Source: Azolla caroliniana
Taxonomy: Eukaryota; Plantae; Polypodiophyta
Reading direction: 5' to 3'
DNA: 48,565 bases
Assembly: GCA_043228905.1 (NCBI GenBank)
Contig: JBHGNT010000226.1
Coordinates: forward strand, 1 to 48,565
Positions 11,429 to 22,600 of this stretch are shown here, piece after piece (the stretch's first letter is position 1; each line of letters opens with the position of its first letter). Below the pieces are notes generated by a model, which searched no databases, was not told the DNA's origin, and was given only the letters and a program-made list of their open reading frames with translations. The translations under genes were made by a program, and so were the position numbers.

Positions 11429-12242
11429 TGTCGTGCCTTTCGGCTCCGGATCATTTGCGTGAGTCGGGTGGGAACCACTGGGGTTTTGGACTAGGAGAAA
11501 GAAAAATACAAATAAAGCTAGTAAAGAATAGGTATAAAGAGTTATAAGATAAGAATCTCGTGAATCCCACGAGTTTAGTATATTTAGTCAATATTTAGGT
11601 AGTAAGAGAGAATTATTTTAGCAAATTCGTGAATCCCACGAATATTTTAGATTGATTGATCATTATAGAAAAATAATCAACAACCCTTTATATATTTCTC
11701 TCCTCCTTATATAAGGAAGGAAGAGCTAAGCATGGCTTCATGCTTTTTTTTTTACAAAAAGTGTTCATGTCCACTAAATGTGCATGTGATGCTTTTTTAT
11801 TTCCTAAGTATAGGGCTCATGCACGCTAGATGTGCATGAGTTATTTTTAGTGTCTCGTGTTTTTTTTTCTTTTTCATATATTAAAAAAATACACGATTTA
11901 CATTTTAATAAAGGTATGCATAAATAAAGGTCTTATACGTATTAAATCTATATTTAAAACATTTAAGATAAGTTAATGTAATGGTAAGGTTGGGGTTTGT
12001 CAACGTGGAGGTGTAGAGTTCGAATCACGCCTTGCGCAATAGTGAGTATTTCCTTTTTTTTTTTACATTTATGTCTCTTTATCCGGCTCTTCCTTGCCGG
12101 TATGCCGTTTTCTTCCTTGCCGGTATGCCGTTTTCCTCCTTGCCGGTATGCCGTTTTCTTCCGGTTCTCACCGAGCACTCCATTCTCTATCCGGAGGGAC
12201 AAAAATATAATTTCCACATAGTGTGCAACCTACACTACGACA
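11429..12242 (-). repeat. Gypsy-2 5' LTR (~814 bp; partner LTR is outside the window)
   Basis: Terminal inverted repeat TGTCGT...ACGACA; adjacent PBS; TATA-like CCTTATATAAGG near 11704; abrupt switch to unrelated coding sequence at 12243. Confidence 0.78.
12091..12159. repeat. 3 x 23-bp tandem repeat in Gypsy-2 LTR U3 (TCCTTGCCGGTATGCCGTTTTCY)
   Basis: Directly visible tandem copies. Confidence 0.92.
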
Positions 12243-13065
12243 GCGTGAAGTCGTACACGATGATATCCACATTAGAGATATCAAAGGTCGAGGTGTTACG
12301 AATGTTTCGCTTCCTCTTCCTACCTCCCCTTGTCGTTGGGCATTCAATCATCTCCAATGTATACTTACCCGTAAGAGCATTTGCACTTCTAGTGTTGTAC
12401 AAATGAATGTTTATAGACTTGATCATGTTTTCTATTTCATGCGTTAGCACTTCTAGAATTTTACCAACCCTAAATTGGTGGTCATGTGAGTTCTCATCAG
12501 TCGGGGTTGCAATCAATATCCCCACCGCGAGCTCTTGTAAATTGCCTTGCCATCAAGCTTCAGCTGCTTTGGTCATCCTTGGTCCCACATAAATGTCTCT
12601 TTGTTGTGGATGGACCAAACCATCATTAATCGCATTTGCTAGTTGCTCCGGAGTTTTATTTACATGATCATGTTGTAGCAACCATGTGAATGGCGTTTCC
12701 AAATTCCAATTATCACCCAATACACAATTTTCTATAATTCCTTTCTGATCACTAAAAAATACATCCCACCATGACTTGTCTTGTTGTGCGGCATATTTCT
12801 TTGCGGCCTCAATATGCTTTCTTTTTTCTTCTAAGGCTTGGAGCCATAATTGTTTTTGTTCCGATACCAAGTCACTATGCAACTGTTCTTTCTTCTCAAT
12901 TGGCATTTGTTTAGCTCCATGGACAATTGTACTCGGCATACAAAGTAATAACTGGCAACCACCTTCAAGTTCCCATGTTGTAGAAGATGAATATTGTTTA
13001 GCATACAAAAGCGTAGAACCACTTATTTCATTTTTCTTTATCATAAAAATGTGATTGAAGCTTAA
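12243..13065 (-). pseudogene. Degenerate DNA-transposon-like ORF fragment (C-terminal region), truncated by the Gypsy-2 LTR
   Basis: In-frame AT-rich ORF pieces 12553-13083 and 12235-12525 (AKQYSSSTTW; DIIVYDFTL) not resembling LTR-element proteins; family assignment is inference only. Confidence 0.45.
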
Positions 13066-14571
13066 CGGATAGAACGAGTACATGGCGCACCATTATGCAT
13101 ACATGACGAAAGTGGTGGAAGTGTGTGAACCGGGTCAGAAGCCTAATATATCTGACTATCACCCGACTAGACATCAACTATCCTGTCAAGGTGATCAGTC
13201 AATACATGCAGTGACCGACCGTTGAGCACCTTCAATGTGCGCATAAGCTACTGAGATATGTGAATGGCATTGAGGATCGGGGGTTGTTGTACTGACACAA
13301 CATAACCTAGCAGTTAGTTGGTTATACAAATGTCGACTGGGCTGGTGATACGTCGGATCATCGGTCAACGTCTGGCTTTATGTTTTCTTTTGGGAGCGTG
13401 GTTGTTGTGTGGAGCAACAAGAAGTAGCTGACAATGGCCCTCTCAAGCACTGAGGTTGAGTATCGTGGAGCTACCATCGCGACTTGTGAAGCCATTTAGC
13501 TTTGGCGTCTGTTGCAAGACATCCGGATCAAAGTACCGGCTCCGATCCCGATCTACTGCGACAACATGAGTAGCATGGAGCTCACCAAGAACTCTGTATT
13601 TCATGCTCGTACAAAGCACATTGAGGTGCATTATCATTTTGTGCGTGAGCGATGAAGTTGAACTCTAATATGTTCGAATGGATCGGCAAGTTGTCGAAAT
13701 CTTCACCAAGGTACTCAGATCCAACAAGTTACAACACTTTTTGGAGATGCTTGGGCTACAGCATCTTGACGTGACGCACTTGAAGGGGAGAACGAGTACA
13801 GGTGAAGACACCGGAGAAGCAGTCAGAGACGAGGAAAAGATCGAAACAAGGGGAGACAAGGATGAAAATCAACTCGAGTCAACTAAAGACGTCAGCACAT
13901 CTGATAAAGTCGGAATGAGCGGCTACGGAAGTAGAGTCACGAAGGACAGAGCCGCCTAGAAGACGAAGGCCAAGACCCGAACGTGGTTTGATATTGGGAA
14001 GGGAATGAAGATTGAGGACGAATTGGAGAAGCCAACTCGGACAAGAGTGGGAACGAATCAGAGGCAACCGGTTCAATCGAAAGGTTCAATTTGGAGGAAC
14101 CGAATCACTTGAAGGCCAAGCGGACGAGAGGGCAACAGAAGTTGATGCCGACATGGAGGAGCGGACGGATCGAGAAGCGCCGAAGTCACAACAGTGAAGG
14201 AGCTGAGATGGGCCTAATGAGTAAACAAGATGACCAAGAAGGTCGAGGTGCACGAAACCGGATGAGTCGTGGAAAGCGGGACCATATAGGTCGAGGAGTG
14301 CAAGCGAGGCATGAAGATGCCAGGAGAAGCTGGAAGCTAGGACTGGCAATGATAGACACCACGATCCGACCTCAAGTTGAGCTTGAGGGGCAATGTTAGG
14401 CGAACAAGCTCAACATGATCCGGATTGGCTGAATAAATCAAAGCCGACTCGTAATCCAGAACAAAGAACCGGATCGATGTTTGGATTCGTATCCGGAACC
14501 AAGAGCCGGATTGGTATCCGAAACATTGTGTAATTGGTAGGCCGTTATAGGCCCACAGTCCTAGTTGTTTG
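13066..14571 (+). mobile_element. Degenerate Copia D: INT-RT linker, RT end/RNase H, long 3' region, PPT and left part of 3' LTR (from 14394)
   Basis: YMAHHYAYM..EP; GYTNVDWAG..RSTSG; IYCDNMSS..FHARTKHIEVHYHFVRE; PPT GAGGGG at ~14385-14390 then TGTTAGG. The LTR resumes after the TSD at 25347. Confidence 0.85.
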
Positions 14572-15240
14572 TGTTGGGAGACAGGTCCCTCCGGATGGGA
14601 AGGGAGAAGAACAGTGCCGATGAACAAACTCGGCCGAGGCCGAAACCGTATGAGGTGGACCCGGCTACAGAGAGCCGGATGACGCAGACCCGGTGAAGAC
14701 CGGATGAGGAGTACCCGGCTACGGAGAGCCGGATGGTACAGACCCGGTGAAAACCGGATGAGGAGTACCCAGCAACGGAGAACCGGATGAAGAGACATAT
14801 TCGTAAATATGTTTTCTGATAGTCCATCGAGGCTATATTTGTAAATAGCCAAAAAGTCATATTAGTATAAATATGACTTAGGGCAAACTAATAGTGTGGT
14901 TGTCGTTTCTTGTTGGTGCAAGAGAAGAGAGAGTGTGTAACTGTATAGAGAGAGAGAGAGAGAGAAAGAGGTCGTTGCCTCTGTTGTAACCGCCGCCTGT
15001 GGCGAAGATCTGTGAGCACGAGGTCGTTGCCTCAGTGAACTCACTATTGTACATTCTTACATAGTGACAGTTTGCAGCCTGTGGGCTGCCGTGGTTTTTC
15101 CCCTAGTTTGGGGTTTTCCACGTAAACCTCCGGTGTATCTTCCTCTTCTTTGTGTCGTGTTTTATTTCCAGTTTTCTGTGTATGAAAAGAATCTCGGTTG
15201 TGGCCGAGCGTTGCACATAAGGAGCGTTGAGTTCCCGTCA
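14572..15240 (+). repeat. Copia A 5' LTR (669 bp)
   Basis: TG..CA termini; 54-bp U3 tandem repeats; TATA box in an inverted repeat; (GA)n; followed by PBS. Confidence 0.95.
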
Positions 15241-15270
15241 AGTGGTATCAAAGCGAAATGACACAGAAAT

Positions 15271-18200
15271 ATGGACGAATCGTTTGGCGGCATGTTCAAG
15301 CTCACCGGCTCCAACTATTCGGTATGGAAGTCGAAGATGAGGGACATGCTCGTGGTTAAAGACCTCTGGCTGCCGGTTCAGTTCGGGGACAAGAGACCGG
15401 ACAAAATCGACGCCGCGATATGGGAGGTGATGCACATGAAGACAACGGCGTACATACGGTGCTTCATCGACATGAGCCTGTACAACAACTTCAATGAAGA
15501 GAGCAAGGCTCATGAGCTCTGGGAGAAGATCGGCATAATGTTTTAAAACAAAAATGTTGTTAATCAGGTTTCGGTATTCCGGAAGCTAGTAAGACTCCGG
15601 TACCAAGATGGCTCCAACATGGCGGAGCATATGAATGCCTTCCAGGGGCTGATACACCAGGCAACGTCATTGGAAGTACCTCTTGCCGATGAGGTACTAG
15701 CGCTACTCCTGCTCGGTTCCCTCCCGGATAGCTGGGAGACGTTGGTTGTCACTTTGGGCAACGCCGGGCCGGAAGGAAAATGGTTATCCCTAGCAAGAGT
15801 AAAGTCGAGCTTGCTAGATGAGGAGGCGCGTCGGAAGGATAAAGATACGAGCTCCGACTCCAAAGCGCTCCTTACCGAATCGGAATGCGGAAGACATAGA
15901 AATCGTAGTCCCCAGAACTAGGAGAAGTCGGGGACACGGTCAAAGTCAAGGGGGAGGCCTACTTGCTTCTATTGCGGCAAGCCGGGACACTTCCAAAAGA
16001 ACTGTCGGCATTTCCGTAAATACAAGGAAACCAATGGTACCGATTCGAAGCGGACCCCGGACCGGAACGGTAAAGACCGGAAGGGAACGACGGCAATCGC
16101 GGCAAGTGAAGAAGAGTTGATGCTCATCATCGAGGAGTGTGAGATAAACCTTGTCGACGACGAGATGACCTGGGTGGTAGACTTCGGAGCATCGTTCCAC
16201 CTTACCCCGGACCGGAAATGCTTCTCATCCTACTCAACCGGTGATCACGGCTGTGTCCGGATGGGGAATGAAGGAACATGCCGAATTGTCGGCATAGGAG
16301 ACGTGTGGCTGACAACACCAACTGGATGCAAGTTGCTGCTGAAGGATGTCCGACACGTTCCGGAAGTTCGTCTGAACCTGATATCAGCCAGTCGGCTAGA
16401 TGATGAAGGCTACACGAGTAGCATCCGGAACGGTGTCATGAAGTTCAGCAAAGGGAGCCTGATTGTGGCTCGGACCCGGAAGGTAAACACGTTGTACCTG
16501 ATGAATGCCCGGTTATGTCCGGAAGAAGTGAACATGGCATTCGACACTGCCGGTGAGCTGTGGCACAAGAGGCTATGTCACATGAGCGAGAAGGGGATGA
16601 AGAGGCTTGCAGACGACAACCTCATTCCAGTGAAGAACGTGCACTTAGAGAAGTGCACTGATTGTCTGGCCGGGAAGCAGAACCGGACCTCCTTCCGACC
16701 AAGGCCACCGATGAGATGTAATGCACCACTGGAGTTGGTGCATACGGATGTGTGTCAGGTAGAAACAAAGTCACATGCCAGAGCGCAATACTTCGTGACT
16801 TTCATAGATGACCACAGCCGGAAGCTGTGGGCCACACCGTTGAAGACGAAGGATCAGGTGTTATCCGTCTTCAAAGAGCTCCACGCGAGAGTGGAAAGAG
16901 AAACCGGCCGGATGCTGAAGGCGGTTCGAGCAGATAACGGAGGAGAGTACCGGGGGCAGTTCGAGGAGTACTGCCGCTCGAAGGGAATCCGGCTCGAATT
17001 TACCGTGCCAAAGACGCCGGAATTAAACGGACTGGCCGAGAGGATGAATCGGACCATAATGGAGAGGGTCTAGAGTATGCTAGCGCATGCAAAAATACCC
17101 AAGAAGTTTTGGGCTGAGGCACTGTCGACGGCGACGTATACGTGATAAATAGATCACCCTCAGTACCCTTGGACGGAGACACGCCACAGAGAGTGTGGAC
17201 CGGTAAGGAAGTATCCTACCGGCATCTGAAGGTGTTCGGGTGTCTCGCGTACGTGCATGTAGCTAAGGACCGGAGAGGAAAGTTAGATCCAAAGACCCGA
17301 CCATGCATATTCCTCTGTTACGGTGACGATGAGTTCGGCTACCGAGTGTGGGACCTGGTCGACAAGAAGGTATTCCGGAGTCGAGATATTATCTTCATGG
17401 AGAACAAGACGCTCGCCGACTGGGAGTCGGAGAAGAAGATAATGAACTTCGAGTCGACCGGTAAGGATAGACTCTACGATGAGCAGACCCAACCGGCAAG
17501 AGACCGGTTAGCACTCGAGGAACCAGCCGGCTACGGTGAGGATACCGAACCAACAGAAGAAGAAGTAGAGGAAGCTGAGACTGGAACCGGCCAATACCCC
17601 GAATCGGATTCGGATGAAGAGCAAATGGAGGAGCTGGTTACCGAAGCCCGAAGATGTAGATATCCTCTCAGAGAGAGAAGGGCCCCCCGGAGATTTCCGG
17701 ATGCAGAGCATGTTCTACTGACCGATGAGGGGGAGCCGGAAAGCTTTGAAGAAGCGAAGGTAGACACCCACAACCAAAAATGGTTAAGTGCCATGCAGGA
17801 TGAGATGGATTCCCTGCATGAGAACCATACGTACGAATTGGTGGAGTTGTCGAAAGGAAAGCGGGCACTCCGAAACAAGTGGGTGTACAAGTTGAAACCG
17901 GGAGATGCCGGCAAAACTCCAAGATACAAAGAGAGGATCGTGGTGAAGGGGTTCCAGCAGAAGAAGGGCGTGGACTTCGACGAGATATTTGCCCCGGTAG
18001 TAAAGATGACCTCCATCCAGACGGTGCTGAGTATAGCGGCAAGCATGGACCTCGAGGTAGAACAGCTGGACGTGAAGACGGCATTCCTTCACGGCGACCT
18101 CGAAGAGGAGATCTACATGCAGCAACCGGAGGGATTTGTGGAGAAAGGGAAGGAGCACCTGGCATGCCGGTTGAAGAAGAGCCTCTACGAGTTGAAGCAG

Positions 18201-19304
18201 GGCCCCCGGCAATGGTACCGGAAGTTTGACTCCTTCATGACCGATCAAGGGTACCACAAGACGCAGGCCGATCACTGCGTGTTTGTGAAGAAGTTTGAAG
18301 GAGGCGACTTCCTGATACTCCTTCTATACGTGGATGACATGTTGATCGTCGAACGTGACCAAGTCAAAATACAGATGCTGAAGAAGGCTCTCAACCGGAC
18401 CTTCTCAATGAAAGACTTGGGTCTGGCAAGACAGATGTTGGGGATGCATATCATTCGGGACCGGTCAAACAAGCAATTATGGCTGTCACAAGAGAAGTAC
18501 GTGACAAAGGTGCTTCACCGGTTCAACATGTCAGAAGCAAAACCGGTCGGATCGACACTTCCGGCAAACTGCAAGCTATCCGGTAAGCAAAGCCCGAAGA
18601 CGAAAGCAGAGAAGGCGGATATGATGAAGATCCCATACGCCTCTGCCGTCGGGATCTTGATGTACGCAATGGTGTGTACCCGACCAGATATAGGATACGC
18701 AGTCGGAGTGGTGAGCCGGTTCATGAGAAATCCCGGCAAGGAGCACTGGAACGCGGTCAAATGGATACTCCGGTATTTGAAGGGCACCTCAAATATGTGT
18801 CTCCGATTCGGCTCCGGGAAACCTCAACTTGACGGTTTTACCGATTCAGACATGTCGGCTGATGTGGATACCAGCCGGTCTACATCCGGGTATGTAATGA
18901 CATATGCAGGGGGAGCTGCTTTGTGGCAGTCGAGGCTGCAGAAGACGGTTGCATTGTCAACCACAGAGGCAGAGTACATGGCAGCTGTGGAAGCCGGCAA
19001 GGAAATATTATGGATGAAGGACTTCATCGGAGAGCTCGGTATCCGGCAAGAGGAATACCGACTCTATTGCGACAGTCAAAGTGCCATCCACCTTGCTAAG
19101 AATGTGGCCTACCATTCCCGGACAAAGCATATCCAGCGAAGGTATCACTGGATCCGGGAAAGAGTAGATGACCAGGAGTTCGCACTGACGAAGATCCACA
19201 CGGCCGAGAACGGGTCAGATATGCTGACCAAAGTGCTGACACCCGACAAGCTGAACGCATGCCGGAAGAAGATCGGGCTGGTAAGACACCCCATGCCGGA
19301 GTGA
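15271..19304 (+). pseudogene. Copia A gag-pol with stops at 15544, 15919, 17071 and a +2 frameshift near 17140
   Basis: Motifs: zinc knuckle CFYCGKPGHFQKNC, WVVDFGAS protease, LWHKRLCH, ADNGGEY integrase, QLDVKTAFLHG/LYVDD RT, RNase H; direct comparison with Copia B. Confidence 0.95.
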
Positions 19305-19665
19305 AGGGGGAGTTTGTTGGGAGACAGGTCCCTCCAGATGGGAAGGGAGAAGAACAGTGCCGATGAACAAACTCGGCCGAGGCCGAAACCGTATGAGGTG
19401 GACCCGGCTACAGAGAGCCGGATGACGCAGACCCGGTGAAGACCGGATGAGGAGTACCCGGCTACGGAGAGCCGGATGGTACAGACCCGGTGAAAACCGG
19501 ATGAGGAGTACCCGGCTACGGAGAGCCGGATGATGCAGACCCGGTGAAGACCGGATGAGGAGTACCCGGCAACGGAGAACCGGATGAAGAGACATATTCG
19601 TAAATATGTTTTCTGATAGTCCATCGAGGCTATATTTGTAAATAGCCGAAAATTCATATTAGTAT

Positions 19666-22600
19666 TGTTGGGATTACGGTCCCTTCGGATGGGATGGTCG
19701 GATGTCGGAGATGAATGACGACAAGCCCGGTTGCGGTTTCGGAACCGGATGATGAAGACCCCGACTTCGGAGCCGGACGACGAATGTACCCGGAGAGAGA
19801 TCCGGATGCGGGGACATATCTGTGAATATGTTTGCCAAGGGCCCTTGAGGCTATAGTTGTAAATAGCCCTAAAGTCATATGTGTATAAATATGACTTAGG
19901 GCAAACAGTTTTTATGTTGCTACTCATTTTTCTGTTTTTCCACTCAAGAGGAGTGAAGAGAGAGCAGTCGTGAGAGAGATAGAGCGTGAGAGAGGAAGAG
20001 GTCGACGCCTCTGTGTATTTCCGCCGCCTGTGGCGAGGACAGCGAGCTCAAGGTCGTCGCCTTGCAGCTCGCCATTGTATACTTCTCTGTGCATAGTTTT
20101 GGTTCGGAGTCTTGTACTCCCGTGGTTTTTTCCCGTACAGGGTTTTCCACGTTAAATCGTGTGTCCACTGCATTTCCCATTTTCTGCAACAACGATTCGT
20201 GTGTTTCCTTGGTTGTGGCCGAGAGGTGAAGTTTGGAAAGTGTCGATTATTTCCATCAAACTGGTATCAGAGCGAGTTGCTACAGAAAATGGAAGGCGGC
20301 GGCAGCGGGCAGCCGGAGATGATGGTGCTGAATGCGCAGAATTACGCCGACTGGAAGATCAAGATGGAGGATCTTCTGATTGTTCGGGACCTGTACGAAC
20401 CGATTGACAGGTCGGAAATACCGAAGGGGGTACTTGAGTCGGAATGGAGGCTTCTGAACCGGAAAGCCGTTGCAACCATTCGGCAATACGTAGACGTGAG
20501 CGTTCTACAACATGTGGCGAACGACACCAACGCATATGAGATGTGGCGGAAGCTGTCGGGCCTCTATGAGAGGAAGAATGCGTTGAACCGGACCTCCCTG
20601 ATGAGGAAGATAGTGAACCTCAAGTACCGGGACGGCGAGAGTATGGTGGAACACGTAAGCACGTTCATGGGATTCGTGAACCAGCTTGCGGCGATCAAGT
20701 TCCCGTTGGAGGATACAATGCAAGCCATCATCCTGATGTGTACATTGCCAGAAAGCTGGGAGAACTTGGTGGTGACTCTCAGCACCTCCTGCACGGAAGA
20801 TAACTTGTCCCTACAAACGGTAAAGACAAGTATTTTGAACGAAGAAGCGCGTCGGAGAGATAAAGAACCGGCCTCCGACTCGAAGGCGCTGCTTACCGAA
20901 TCGGAACGGGGAAGACAATGGAACCGGAGTCCGCAAAGACGGGAGAAGTCGGGGACCCGGTCGCAGTCAAGAGGAAGACCCACATGCTTCCACTGTGGGA
21001 AGCCGGGGCACATCCGGAAGAATTGTCGGCATTACCAAAAAGACAACGGAGCCGACGACACCAATTCGAAGAAGTCTTCGGAACGGAACGGTGCTTACCG
21101 GGGAGCCACGGACCGAAATGGTTCGGATCGGCGAGGGCAGGACCGGAAAGGAACGACGGCACTCGCGGCAAGTGAAGAAGAGATAATGCTCATTACCGAA
21201 GAGAGGGAGCTGAACCTTGCCGGTGAAGAGATGACCTGGGTGGTCGATTCCGGAGCGTCGTTCCACCTGACCCCAGAGAAGAAATACTTCTCATCCTACA
21301 CAGCCGGTGAGCACGGCTGTGTCCGGATGGGAAATGAAGGTACATGCCGGATTGCCGGCATAGGAGACGTGTGGCTGATGACATCAACCGGATGCAAGAT
21401 GCTGCTGAAGGATGTCCGACACGTTCCGGAGGTTCGATTGAACCTGATTTCGGCCGGGAGGCTAGACGATGAAGGCTACACGGGTAGCATCCGGAACGGT
21501 GTCATGAAGTTCAGCAAAGGGAGCCTGATAGTGGCTCGGGCCCGGAAGGTCAACACACTGTACCTTATGAATGCCTGGTTGTGTCCGGAAGAGTTGAACG
21601 TGGCAGCCGACACTGCCGGTGAGCTGTGGCACAAGAGACTGTGCCACATGAGTGAGAAGGGGATGAAGAGGCTTGCAGAAGACAACCTTATTCCAGTGAA
21701 GCATGTGCACCTGGAGAAGTGCACTGATTGCCTGGCCGGTAAGCAGAACCGAACCTCCTTCCACTCAAGGCCACCGACGAGACGTAGCGCACCATTGGAG
21801 TTGGTGCACACTGACGTGTGTCAAGTAGAAACGAAGTCACATGGCGGAGCCCAGTACTTCGTGACATTCATTGATGACCACAGCCGGAAGCTGTGGACGG
21901 CACCGTTGAAGACAAAGGACCAAGTATTGTCCGTCTTCAAAGAACTCCACGCGAGAGTGGAAAGAGAATCCGGCAAGAAGCTGAAAGCACTACGAGCGGA
22001 TAACGGAGGGGAATACCGGGGGCAGTTCCCGGAGTACTGTCGCTCGAAGGGAATCCGGCTCGAGTTTACTGTGCCGAAGACGCCGGAACTGAACGGGCTG
22101 GCCGAGAGGATGAACCGGACCATAATGGAGAGGGTCCGGAGTATGCTGGCGCATGCGAAATTACCCAAGGGGTTTTGGGCTGAGGCAATGTCGACGGCGA
22201 CATACGTGATAAACAGATCACCCTCAGTACCTTTGGACGGAGACACGCCGCAGAGAGTGTGGACCGGTAGGGAAGTATCCTACCGGCATCTGAAGGTGTT
22301 CGGGTGTCTCGCATATGTGCATGTGGCTAAGGACCGGAGAGGAAAGCTAGATCCAAAGACCCGGCCATGCATATTCCTCGGTTACAGCGATGACGAGTTC
22401 GGCTACCGAGTATGGGACCCGGTCGACAAGAAGATATTCCGGAGTCGTGATATCATCTTCATGGAGAACAAGACACTCGCCGACTGGGAGTCGGAGAAGA
22501 AGATGAAGAGCTCCAAGTCGACCGGTGAGGATCAACTCTACGAGGAGCAGTCCCGATCGGAAAGGGACCGGTTAGCACTCGAGGATCCGGCCGAAGACGG

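Noticed and set aside
11974-12035. Calling the tRNA-like cassettes functional tRNA genes
   Set aside because: Acceptor and anticodon stems do not pair properly; reported only as tRNA-like findings.
14660-14790. Repeat arrays (54-bp, 23-bp, 120-bp units) as CRISPR-like arrays
   Set aside because: Head-to-tail units without unique spacers, eukaryotic TE context and no cas genes.
15196-15240. GTTGTGGCCGAG in Copia U5 resembles a tRNA-Ser/Leu A-box
   Set aside because: No B-box or T-arm follows at suitable spacing; treated as a conserved U5 motif.
20112-20288. N-terminal extension of the Copia B ORF in the ORF track
   Set aside because: It starts at a non-ATG codon within the LTR; the real start is the ATG at 20289 after the PBS.
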